From TPA_inf: Saccharomyces (lineage: Eukaryota): a stretch of 64,000 nucleotides of DNA. This document shows positions 33,281 to 44,100 of this stretch, in pieces. The position numbers and the translations under genes are program-made. Where the stretch lies: assembly GCA_000146045.2 (NCBI GenBank), contig BK006939.2, positions 384,001-448,000 on the forward strand. The letters run 5' to 3'. The number at the start of each line of letters is the position of its first letter. Position 1 is the stretch's first letter. Below the pieces are notes generated by a model, which did no database searches, was not told the origin of the DNA, and saw only the letters and a program-made list of their open reading frames with translations.

Positions 33281-36200
33281 ATGGATAGGAGTGATAAAAA
33301 AGTTAACGTCGAAGAGGTCAATGTACCTTCAAACTTACAAATAGAATTAGAAAAATCAGGCACCAGTAGCAGTGTATCACTCCGAAGCCCGACTAAGAGT
33401 AGCGCTACCAATTTGGCGGGCATGGCCGAAGGTGCAAGAGATAATGCATCAATAGCGTCTTCATCGGTAGATTCCCTCAACATGCTATTAGAGCGGCAAA
33501 GAGTAAGGCAGTTAAACCATCCACAGCACCAACAGCATATAAGTAGTTCACTAGCTAAGACCCCGACAACGACTTCATCATTTTGTTCGAGCGGGAGTTC
33601 TAAGAATAAAGTTAAGGAAACTAATCGAATATCTCTAACATACGACCCGGTGTCAAAGAGGAAAGTTTTAAACACTTATGAGATCATCAAAGAATTAGGC
33701 CATGGACAACATGGAAAAGTAAAATTAGCAAGAGATATATTGAGTAAGCAATTAGTAGCGATTAAAATAGTGGATAGACATGAAAAGAAACAGAGGAAGT
33801 TTTTCACGTTTATCAAATCAAGTAAAATATCCGAAAATGATAAAATAAAACGAGAAATTGCCATTATGAAAAAATGCCATCACAAACATGTCGTACAACT
33901 GATAGAAGTTCTGGATGATTTAAAATCAAGAAAAATTTATTTAGTTCTAGAGTATTGTTCTCGAGGCGAGGTAAAATGGTGTCCACCGGATTGTATGGAA
34001 TCAGATGCTAAGGGTCCCTCTTTACTAAGTTTTCAAGAAACGCGAGAGATTTTAAGAGGCGTTGTGCTCGGCTTAGAATATCTCCATTACCAAGGAATCA
34101 TTCACCGAGATATTAAGCCTGCCAACTTATTAATATCAGGAGATGGCACTGTTAAGATTTCCGATTTTGGTGTTTCTTTAGCTGCTAGCAGCACGAATAG
34201 TTCCGATAGTAGCGAATCCTTAGACGAGTTAGAATTAGCCAAAACAGTGGGCACGCCTGCATTTTTTGCTCCCGAAATGTGCTTGGGTGAAGATGCATTC
34301 ACCAGGTATAACTTAACAAAGGAAAATTTATTTCGTGGTTCTTGCATCTCATTCATGATAGATATTTGGGCTGTGGGTGTGACCTTGTACTGTCTTCTTT
34401 TTGGAATGCTGCCTTTTTTTTCTGATTTTGAGCTCAAATTATTTGAAAAAATTGTAAACGACCCGTTAAAATTTCCAACATTTAAAGAAATACAGTCCAA
34501 CAAAGTATCTAAAGTATCTTGTGAGGAGGAATACGAAATGGCAAAGGACCTTTTATTGAAATTGTTAGAAAAAAATCCCCAAAAAAGAATGACTATACCT
34601 GCCATTAAAAAACATCCTTTTGTTTCATGGGATTTTGACCACGTACCGGAGAACGATGAAAAGTTACTATCTTCTGTCCTTGAGCAAAAATTACGTTTCC
34701 AATGTAACCAAACTGATCAATTTGAACCCATTTCTATTTCAAAGCACGAATTGAAAAACGCTGTCTCCGGTGTCGGGAAAAAAATCAAAGAGTCCGTACT
34801 AAAAAGTATCCCGCTAAAGGATCCGTCAGATCTCTCTAATAAAAACTACCTTCATCCAACGGAAACCACTAGGGGCAGAGGGGATGCCAATGTTATTGTC
34901 AGCGAAGGTTCAGTGTTATCGAATATTAAGGAATTAAGTGCTAATGATGGATGTTTGAACACTGATAGCGACACTAATATTAATATCAACGACGATGATC
35001 ATTATAGTGGTGATGATAACGATGGACATTTAACGAAAAGAGAACTAGAACGAGAATTAAACAAATTCGATGATAAACACGAGGCCGGAAATATGGTTAA
35101 TTTACCTATCAATTCCTCATTTGCATCCTTGGACAGCTTCTACATAGATAATTTTGCGATGGCTAGAATGGGAATGAGTTCTCCAGAAGCGGGAGATTCG
35201 GTTTCGTCTGTACCAAACCTTCCTTCTGCACCGTCTTCAACAAGGCTTGGACGATCACCAGTCTTTAGTGGAGTCACCAACCAACCAAGTCCAATTCGCC
35301 CCGTTTTGCCACAACAAAAGTCATCGTTTTGTGCAACAGGTCGGTATGATAAGAGTCACAATAGTCTTCTTAGAAATTCTTCATCTCATCTAACGTCATA
35401 CAACTCCGGCAGACCATCTTCAAGGACTGGCCGAATGAATTCACGCAACCAAAACTTACCGAAAATACCAAATAGCCTTTCAAAAATCTCAACAACGAAA
35501 TTGACTGAACTAAGAGTTCCAAAGGATTCAGAAATTCCATCACCTGCAAAAAACCCTAACGCTGATCGTTTGAGAAGGTTTCCCGTAAAGAAAAATACCA
35601 AAACACCCGCCATAAAAGATCCTCCGAGAATAAACATTAATAGCAGCGATAAGTCAGGCTCCAAAAATTCTCCTATAAAATCCTTATACCAACGGATGAA
35701 ACAGTCTAAGGATAATTCAAAAACCTTCGAGGTACGTAGAGGAAACTTTTTCAGTCATTTTAATGGAGATGATGATGATAGCAGTAGCCAGTCGTCCGTA
35801 ACCAGTTCTGGTTCAGAATCTGATTCTGAATTATCATCCACTTCATCGTCCTGTACATCTGGAACCCAATCTCGGAATAGCTCCAACAATAATGCATATT
35901 CAGAAACGGAGTCATTACCTTTCGAGTTTGGTGTTGATTCAGAAGATGGAAGTGGAGTATTATTAAGAGATTTACCTAACGAAGATCAAATAAGGCCGTT
36001 TCTGGATATACAACCATGTCGACGCATGAAAGTTAAAAGTTCATTGAACCTCGAACCACCTTCTGTCTCATCTTCTTCATCTTCATCCTCCGACGAAGAT
36101 GAGCTAATTTTAAATGTCGGGACTGCAGGTCATCGAAGAAGGCATAATTCTTCAAAACTTAGTGAACTATCCAATAGTCCGCAGAAGGGATCAAATAATT

Positions 36201-36709
36201 TCATGTATTCCAATGGAAGTGTTCATGACAGTGAGACGACGATAACGCCGCAAAATATGGATGACTTGACGCTGCATCAGGCACTGAGCCGCAGCCAACC
36301 CATTAGTAAGCCTGGCCCATTAGTATTACCAAAGCGTTTAGACCAAAAGAAAGCTACGACGGAAACCTCAAATTTAACAGATATCGTTGAATTTAACGGT
36401 AATAACGATCATCGAAAGGACAAAAATTTCGATAAAGTTCTTTATTCAAGGGACTTGTTAAAAGATGCTCTAAGTTCCACTAATGCAGGCAGAAGGAGAT
36501 CCATACCTTCAAATAAAATAAGAGGACGAAAGGACGCAAGTATTACCATGAGTACTAATGTTGGTAATGATGAACATGCTAGAAATACCAGCTGCCATGG
36601 TGATAAAGGACAAGAAAATGGCGCTATAAAACAAAGGACCCATGAAAGATCGCGATCTTTAACAGTCGCTGAACTAAATGAAGAGAAGAGAAGGAGTGCA
36701 CTTCCATGA
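33281..36709 (+). CDS. SAK1: Sak1 (Pak1), upstream Snf1-activating protein kinase.
   Basis: The track start is a TTG. The ATG at 33281 gives MDRSDKKVNV..., 1142 aa. Kinase motifs (GHGQHGKVK...AIK, HRDIKPANLL, DFG) are followed by a long Ser-rich C-terminal tail. Confidence 0.85.
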   Translation: MDRSDKKVNVEEVNVPSNLQIELEKSGTSSSVSLRSPTKSSATNLAGMAEGARDNASIASSSVDSLNMLLERQRVRQLNHPQHQQHISSSLAKTPTTTSSFCSSGSSKNKVKETNRISLTYDPVSKRKVLNTYEIIKELGHGQHGKVKLARDILSKQLVAIKIVDRHEKKQRKFFTFIKSSKISENDKIKREIAIMKKCHHKHVVQLIEVLDDLKSRKIYLVLEYCSRGEVKWCPPDCMESDAKGPSLLSFQETREILRGVVLGLEYLHYQGIIHRDIKPANLLISGDGTVKISDFGVSLAASSTNSSDSSESLDELELAKTVGTPAFFAPEMCLGEDAFTRYNLTKENLFRGSCISFMIDIWAVGVTLYCLLFGMLPFFSDFELKLFEKIVNDPLKFPTFKEIQSNKVSKVSCEEEYEMAKDLLLKLLEKNPQKRMTIPAIKKHPFVSWDFDHVPENDEKLLSSVLEQKLRFQCNQTDQFEPISISKHELKNAVSGVGKKIKESVLKSIPLKDPSDLSNKNYLHPTETTRGRGDANVIVSEGSVLSNIKELSANDGCLNTDSDTNININDDDHYSGDDNDGHLTKRELERELNKFDDKHEAGNMVNLPINSSFASLDSFYIDNFAMARMGMSSPEAGDSVSSVPNLPSAPSSTRLGRSPVFSGVTNQPSPIRPVLPQQKSSFCATGRYDKSHNSLLRNSSSHLTSYNSGRPSSRTGRMNSRNQNLPKIPNSLSKISTTKLTELRVPKDSEIPSPAKNPNADRLRRFPVKKNTKTPAIKDPPRININSSDKSGSKNSPIKSLYQRMKQSKDNSKTFEVRRGNFFSHFNGDDDDSSSQSSVTSSGSESDSELSSTSSSCTSGTQSRNSSNNNAYSETESLPFEFGVDSEDGSGVLLRDLPNEDQIRPFLDIQPCRRMKVKSSLNLEPPSVSSSSSSSSDEDELILNVGTAGHRRRHNSSKLSELSNSPQKGSNNFMYSNGSVHDSETTITPQNMDDLTLHQALSRSQPISKPGPLVLPKRLDQKKATTETSNLTDIVEFNGNNDHRKDKNFDKVLYSRDLLKDALSSTNAGRRRSIPSNKIRGRKDASITMSTNVGNDEHARNTSCHGDKGQENGAIKQRTHERSRSLTVAELNEEKRRSALP

Positions 36710-37114
36710 GTGTAAAATTCAAAGTAATTTCCATCGGACTACGATGTTAATCAGATATATGGTAGAAAGCTCTAACTTTTTACCCTTGCCAACATGCACG
36801 CATATATGTGTATGTTAAAATAAGTTCTGTATTTGAAATGCATGTGATTTACAATCCTCTTGCAATGAACTTAATATCATTAACAGGCTAAAAATAATAT
36901 ATGATGTAGATCTTTTTAGTTTAGCATAATATAATCTATAAATCTATAATATTTTTATTCTAAATTATTAAAAGGGCGGCGAGAGAAGTGTATCTGTGCT
37001 TAGAAAACTTTTCGTTTCTTCGTCTCACCCTGAGAAGTGCCTTTTCGTTTCAAAATCATTACTGGTGAGTGTCATTAAACTTTTTCAATTTGCAATTTCC
37101 GTATCTTTAAAATT

Positions 37115-38446
37115 TCATAAGGAAGCGTGAGTTTTAACGTGCTGATTCAAATTATCGCTTCTGCTGAAGTTCTTATTACAGATATGGCATGTAAATGGTT
37201 TTTCGCACATATGTAAAGATCTGACATGCCTCTTCAAATGCTCTTGTCTTTTAAATCTTCTATCGCAAAATTCACAACCAAATTGCTTGGAAGCGTCCGG
37301 AATTAAAGAGGGCTTCCTTCCGCGCGTCTTCTGCATGCTTCCTGTCTTCTTCCTCACCACTAAGCCATGAGAAGAAGAGGAAGATTGTACTGAAGGTGAT
37401 GGTGCAGAAGGAGAAGGAGAAGAGGATGGTTCTGATATGGCAGCCAATAAGTCCTTTCTCGAATCATTGCTGAATTTTGAAACTGGCTCAATCATCTTAA
37501 AATCACTGCCAGACTTAAATGGATTCGTTGTCTTAGCAATGCTTTGAGTAGAGATATCCTTGTTATTTCCCACCAGCTTTAACGGATTTATTATCGCGTG
37601 GTCACTCTCATCACTTTCTTCATTAGAGGAAACATCAAACCCTGAATTTATAAGCACTTCATTTTCTTGCTCAAGAGGAAGAGACTTGATTAGAGTGCTT
37701 TTCCTACTTCTGAAGAATCTATTTTTGAACATTTTCTGCGAGGAAGAGTTTTCGGTCTGAATGGGTTCACAACCAAGGCTATTACTGTTATTATTACTAC
37801 TGCTACTACTGCCGAATATGTTTAATTTGAAATAGTCCCTAACTTTTTTTTTAGATTGGGGCACAGTGGTAAAAGAGTCTTCAAGCTCATCGTCAATGTT
37901 TTCCGTTGGATCTATTATAAATTCATGTATCTCCAGATTTTTCAAGTTATTAGTACTGGAAATCCTGTTCAGCCCGTCAAGAGGCTGTTGCTTGAGAAAG
38001 GAAAATCTTTCATTTACCTCCAACTCGTCGTCGCTAACCATCAATACATCACTTTCATTATTTAGATCGATGTCATCATCATTTTCTACGATGTCGTTAT
38101 TAAATAATGGTTCGTTAAGTTCCCTCCTACCAAAAAACTCGTATTCGTAGTAGTTACCGTTTTCGGTACGATAGTCGGATATCGAAAGCCTTCTCTCCAA
38201 CTGATTTGATGAAGTAGCTGTAGTTACACAATTGTCGACAATAGTATTGCCTGTTAGATCGTTGATAATTTCTACATTATTATTGTCAATTTCCTTGGCA
38301 TTGGCGTTGGCATTTGGTATGAGTTGAAGGGTAAAATGTTGCTTGTCGTTATTGCGGCTTTCGTTAAACAGCTCAGTCTTAGAATTCAAAGTGTAACTGA
38401 AAACCGTGTCATTTGATTCAAATCTTTGTAAAGGGTATAAAGACAT
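37115..38446 (-). CDS. COM2: Com2 C2H2 zinc-finger transcription factor.
   Basis: A 443 aa ORF with two C-terminal C2H2 fingers ([24 protein letters not shown] ... [23 protein letters not shown]). Confidence 0.8.
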
Positions 38447-39951
38447 GCTTGTCTGTCTATGTTATCGTAAAGCTTTATTTGTCCCTGGATAGTTTATGAA
38501 GTCTAGCAGGCCTACTGTACAAATTCAAAACAGAAAATCATCATCTTGCTCGAAGCCAGCCCATGCTACCTATGGCTCTCAGTCGCCCATTCAGCTATCT
38601 ATATATATCTTGGATGGCCACGCTAGGAACCGCGCCGGGCAACAACTTGGGCAAAAGCCCTCGGAACAGTAAAAGCCACCTTTCCGTGGGTTATCCGCTG
38701 AAATTTTTTGCTCCATTTCCGAAGCGTCGCACTCGTAACCGTAAATGTAAAAAAACAGCACCCAATTGGGCCATGTGTGATTAACGCCGGGCGGCTATGC
38801 ACGTTTGAACAAGTATATCCGCATGGAGCAACAACTGCTATAAGAAATTCCGTCAGAGAAATGGCTTGACTTGCTGCAAGCACAGAGGTGTTTATGGATA
38901 ATATGTATACAATAACCTCATAGGTGTTTGGCAGTGTGAATTCACTGTTCCCTGCGTTCCCGGAATGGAGAAAGGGGTATGACAGGCGCCAAAAAAAAAA
39001 AACACTGAAAAACAAGAGAAAAGAGTAAAGGAGATGGCTTGAATATAATATTTATTCCTTGCTAAGTTTAATAGCGTATTTTCTTATATTAATTCCGTGG
39101 ACGATCAGATGCGGGAATACAATGTTGGCAGTTATCTGTTTCATCGCTCCCTCCTTGCGTAAATATCGAACCTTCTATCATTCGATAATCAAGAATTAAA
39201 ACTGACAGCCGCGCCTTTTCGGCATCTTCTGGGGTTGATCAAAATTATAATAAGAGGACTGCTGCATATTTACCTCCGTACACCTTCTACACCCAACCTT
39301 ATTATGGGGCCTACTAAATTTTCTTTTGAGAAGAATTGCGTTCTTTTCATCGTGTTGTGTTTTTTTGAGATCTTTCGCGCGATGGCATCTCACATTCGCA
39401 GTTTGCATGAAATTTCAGATAGTATTGACAGCATTCGATCGTGCACCGGGAAATAACGCTAGGCGTCTATCGTAACATAACAGAGTGTTTTATTATCTAT
39501 ATAGTGATATTTACCTTAAATTCTTGCTCTTAAGCGTGTCTCAATTTACTTTCAAAAAGAAAGATAAATACACATAATCAAACAGGAAAAGTATGTTATA
39601 AGAGCGAATAATGTGATAAAGGAGCAAAGTGGAAGGAAAGAATTATAAAGAATGACGTTGCCGTAAAGCCAATTTTTCAACCAACAAAATTGCAATAGTT
39701 TCAAGCAAATTATGGTGTGTCCGGGATTGGCGGTAGTAAATTGTAAAACAATAGCTGGTCAATAGTTGATATTCATACCGACACTATAATCCACAAAAGA
39801 TGGGTGACATTGATGGCTGAAATGGTAGAGGCAAGAAAATTTTTTAAAGCAATAAGGCATAGACGTTTCTATTAATCCTTTGTTTTATTCAGTATTTTCG
39901 ATATTTCCTCTTTACTAACTTCAATTTACTGAATTTGTATGTAATTTTTAG

Positions 39952-40311
39952 ATGCCAAAAAAGAGAGCTTCCAACGGTAGAAACAAGAAGGGTAGAGGTC
40001 ACGTCAAGCCAGTGAGATGTGTTAACTGTTCCAAGTCCATTCCAAAGGATAAGGCTATCAAGAGAATGGCTATTAGAAACATTGTTGAAGCTGCTGCCGT
40101 CAGAGATTTGTCCGAAGCTTCTGTCTACCCAGAATACGCCTTGCCAAAGACTTACAACAAGTTGCACTACTGTGTCTCCTGTGCTATTCACGCCAGAATT
40201 GTTAGAGTTAGATCCAGAGAAGACAGAAAGAACAGAGCTCCTCCACAAAGACCAAGATTTAACAGGGATAACAAAGTTTCTCCAGCAGCTGCCGCAAAGA
40301 AAGCTTTGTAA
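39952..40311 (+). CDS. RPS26B: Ribosomal protein S26 (eS26).
   Basis: A 119 aa [42 protein letters not shown]..., which is conserved eS26 sequence. Confidence 0.9.
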
Positions 40312-40699
40312 ATATGATGAGAGAATAATATAAATCAAACGCTCGCTGATTAAGGTGTCATTTATTTTTTTTAATAGAGGCTTTGTCTTTTATAATTGTG
40401 TATTTTAATAATATGATTATAGTATATTTTCAAGAATAGAATTTTTGCGCATGTAACTTCGTTCATACTCAATTCACAGTAGGCAGCTGTATTTGTATCC
40501 GTACTACTGGCGTACGTGCGATGAATTAATCGTATCCTACGGCACCTTGTAAGCAGTCGAGAAATTTTTTTTTCACTTTTTCCTTTTCATACCTATATAA
40601 ATAGAAGTGTTCTTGTCGATTTGAAGAAGGTTTATTTCGTTTCGCTGTAGTTTTTTTGTCATTGATCTTTTCATTTTTTTATTTCAAAATCCCCATCAA

Positions 40700-40885
40700 C
40701 TATTACAGTCGATGAGGATAGGTTATAGTTCATGTGTAACATCTGTGTTTTAAAATAACTCTAGTTATCCGGGGCGTTTTTCACAAAGTTTGTGTAAGAT
40801 GCTTTCCTGGGTCGATGTGGATTGTGCCGTGGCCTTTTTCACCACCTTTATAGCGGTGCTTTAACTATTAATAACTGAGGCTGTA
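40700..40885 (+). ncRNA. Candidate box C/D-type snoRNA between RPS26B and PMD1 (possibly SNR4).
   Basis: A strong TATA box (TATATAAATAGAAG, about 40595) lies upstream. A box C-like GTCGATGAGGA sits near 40712 and a CTGA box D-like motif near 40877 (AACTGAGG), with complementary flanks (CAGTCGATG ... ACTGAGGCTG). I recall a snoRNA gene somewhere in this interval but cannot verify the sequence. Confidence 0.3.
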
Positions 40886-41187
40886 TTTTGAATTCTTACG
40901 TAAATCTTGGAATCTATGGAGCATCCAGTCTCACCTGGGTTGGCTCTGGTAACGCATGACTTGGTATGAAAAAATTGTTTTAATTTGACGAGGAAATTTT
41001 GGCATCCGTGAAGTTCAATACTTCCTTAAGTATTGGTTTTCAAAAAAAAAAATTCTAAAATTCTAAAATTCTTCTATTATACCAAAGTTATAACGTCTAT
41101 AAATATCTATAACTGAAACCTGTTTTGTCATAATACCTTGTTTTAGTTGTGCTTTTTTTTGCTTTATCTGGATATTATCTAATATGT

Positions 41188-44100
41188 TTATCTTCGTTTA
41201 CCGAAAAAAGGAAATGGGGCAATATTATCGTTATCATTTGTAGTTGCGTCTTCTTTCCTATTTGTTCTGTTGGCAGTCGCTGATCTATCCTCACAATGCC
41301 CTTCACTCTCCTTACGTCCAGTATTCACTGCAGAAGGCATAAAGGCAGGATTCATGAATAGAGCAGATGTGGAATGTGTCGTCTGAGTACTGAATCTTTT
41401 ATTCATATGTTGTCTCCGTTGTTGAGATGCAGTGAAATCTGTAACGGAAGTCCTAGGTGAGATCTGAGTGGAAGGCGCCTGTGAGAATTTGATGGACGAT
41501 TTCCTGAATCCCTCCGAGATCGGGGAACTTGATGCAAATTTTAAAGCTGGTCTTGTATTTTCTTGCTGTTTTAACGGTGTCGCGACATCAGAGTGCTGCC
41601 TACTTAGAGTAGGAGAAGAAGATCCGCGTGCAAAAATTGGTTTTCCAGTCTCTCTCATTTCGTCATCCATTTGTGAAATGTCTTGTAATACCTTTTTTTT
41701 TAACTTTTTCAAGACTTTGGATAATTCGATTGCTTCCTTCGTGCGCGTCATCAAGTTACTGTCATTAACCAATACAGAAGTTCTATAAATAGACTTCATG
41801 ACATAGTCGACAGGTGGTAGTGCATTGGGTGAGACCATATTTTCCAGGCTAGATATATTAACATATTCCGAACCATCTTCTCTTTGTGAATTAGGTCTAA
41901 TGTATTTGGAAAATGATCCATGTAATCTTGAAGAGCCTGGAGTGCTGGATCCTATTTTATATAAAGGATCAATAGAATCATCAAATTCTTGAGATGTCTG
42001 CTCCTGTAATTTTTTATTCATTTTTGTGAAAGGCAAAATACCTAGCTGTGAATCAAGGTCATCAGAATCAGAGCGGAAGGAAGAACCTGAATCACTATCA
42101 AAACTATCACGAATAAACGGGTCTGTCTCTAAATTGGATGAGTTTTGAGGTATTTCTGTTCCTCTGTTCTTCAATGGATCATTAGTGCGGTCTAAATCTT
42201 TCCCATCGTTGCTGTTTCTCTTTTGCAACGTTTCAACCTTGTATTTATCGAAGTTCGAAATGTCCTGGAGCGTAGCTTGTTCGTTTTGTTCCTCTTTATC
42301 GTCCGAAGCTCTGTTTGACTTACTAGAGTCCAAATTTTGGTAATTATATCTCGTAGGTTCTGTGGGAACTGTTTCAGTAAAACTACTACTTCTTCTTGGA
42401 AAGTTCTGTTGCCGGCTGACTGGTCCACTATCAGGAACATCATCAGTAAATTGATCGGAGGTATCTAATGGATCTGTTTCCCTACTTAAGCTGGATTTCT
42501 TCTTCGTCGCTGGGCTAAATAAGGACACAGAGCGGCGAATATTTTGAACACCCGAATTACTGGGGAATGCAATTGAACCAATCGAATTATGGCTGTCTCT
42601 AGGACCACCGGCAAAAACAGTAGGAACAGCCCTATTGGCAAGCGATCCTATGCTAGAAATTCCCGTGTGGTGCATATCTATTTCGGTTTCTCCATTACTG
42701 TCATCCGTGTAGTGTATTGATTGCGCCATTGAAGTGTTTCGCAAAAGATATGAATCAACGTATCCGTTGTCTATATTGGCTAGGGAACGTTTTATCTCTA
42801 AGGTGTCCTGATATGATTCGCTAGAATCCAACTGCTTTCTTATTTTGCCCTCATTTTCATTGCAATATCTCGAAACCTTTTGCTGGAACAGATTTAGTAG
42901 TGCTTCGCAAGTAACTGAAAGACCTTCTTCCTTTTTGCTGATTATCTTATACAGCACTTCTGTAATCAGTTCGTATAAAATTGGAATTTCGTATATTTTA
43001 GCCATGATAAGCAGGTCCAGGGTCACAGGAGCTAATAGCCATTTGCCATTAATTTGTGCGGTGTAAAAGAACTCTGCAAATGCTCTTACAGAGGCGGTCG
43101 ACCAAGGCATATACAATGATCTCGGGGTTAATAAGGGTTCTAACTCGATTATGGCGTTATTGTTCGAATTTGTACTTTCTACACTTTCAGGGTTTGAAAT
43201 GTAAGAAAGTCTTCTACTCTTTTCATTATTAATATATGATTTTGAAGAAAAAAATTCACCTTCTTTGAAATTGCCGTTTATATTGATTGCATTAATGGTG
43301 GAAAAGATGGGCCTTATATTGGAAGGTGAGATACAGCCGTAGTCTTGATTGTCCCCATCTTCCTCTTCATCTCTTCCATTGTTCATGCCATATTCTTGAA
43401 TACTTGCTTCGTAAGGAATGTCACTGCCATAACTATTACTTAGCAGTTGCGAATCTAGAGTATTCCTCAGCAAAGAAGAGTTAGAGATACGCCTTGCATC
43501 CGAGGAGCTCGATTTTCTGGTGGAATGAGAAGACCTTCTTGACGCGACTGGACTATCCCTACCAAATTGAACGTACTCCGCCAAGGAACTGCTTCTTCTT
43601 GAGGGTGCTTTTGGCACCGGCGGTAGTGGTTCTAGTGGGATCTTTTCTTGTGGGGGTAATGGGATATTCAACACAGGCAAGATAGGCGAGTTTGGTAAAC
43701 TTGCAGAGCTTCCTAAATGAGAAATTTGGTTAGAGTTGCGCCTTCTTCCTGAAGTAGAACTTACAACAGAGGCAGTGCTGGCAGTAGATGCAAATGAAGT
43801 CTGTCGCGACTGATTTGGACTTGCTATAAACCTTAATGCGGATGATTTTCTACGTGAGAAAGCTTTTTCCGCGGGACTAGCCTTTGATATACTACTGGGT
43901 GAAGATTTGGCTATAATGTAAGATTGAAGAGGGTGTGAGGCTCTCCGAATGGATGAAAAGCCGTCATCTACCGAACTATTCGTGGTGGTTCCCACTGTGG
44001 AAGCTCGCCTATAAACTAAAGGTGTATTGGAAAGTGTACAATTGCTATCATTACCATCGTTAGTTGATTTTTTATATACCGGAGGAGGTGAAACAGAGCT

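Noticed and set aside
10292-33281. Track ORF N-termini for SPR6, AVT6, DSE1, RSP5, VFA1 and SAK1 extending upstream of the first ATG.
   Set aside because: The first codon of these track ORFs is TTG or GTG, so the track seems to allow non-ATG starts. I trimmed each to the first in-frame ATG, which reproduces the protein lengths I remember.
38560-39015. 130 aa minus-strand ORF and a 73 aa plus-strand ORF in the GC-rich COM2 upstream region.
   Set aside because: No domain and no codon-usage signal. It is more likely promoter sequence. The GC-rich block is noted, but I cannot assign a function.
39937-39942. A second GTATGT directly upstream of the RPS26B ATG.
   Set aside because: It lies downstream of the TACTAAC branch point and only 9 nt from the AG, so it cannot be the splice donor. 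The upstream GTATGT at 39591 is the only viable donor.
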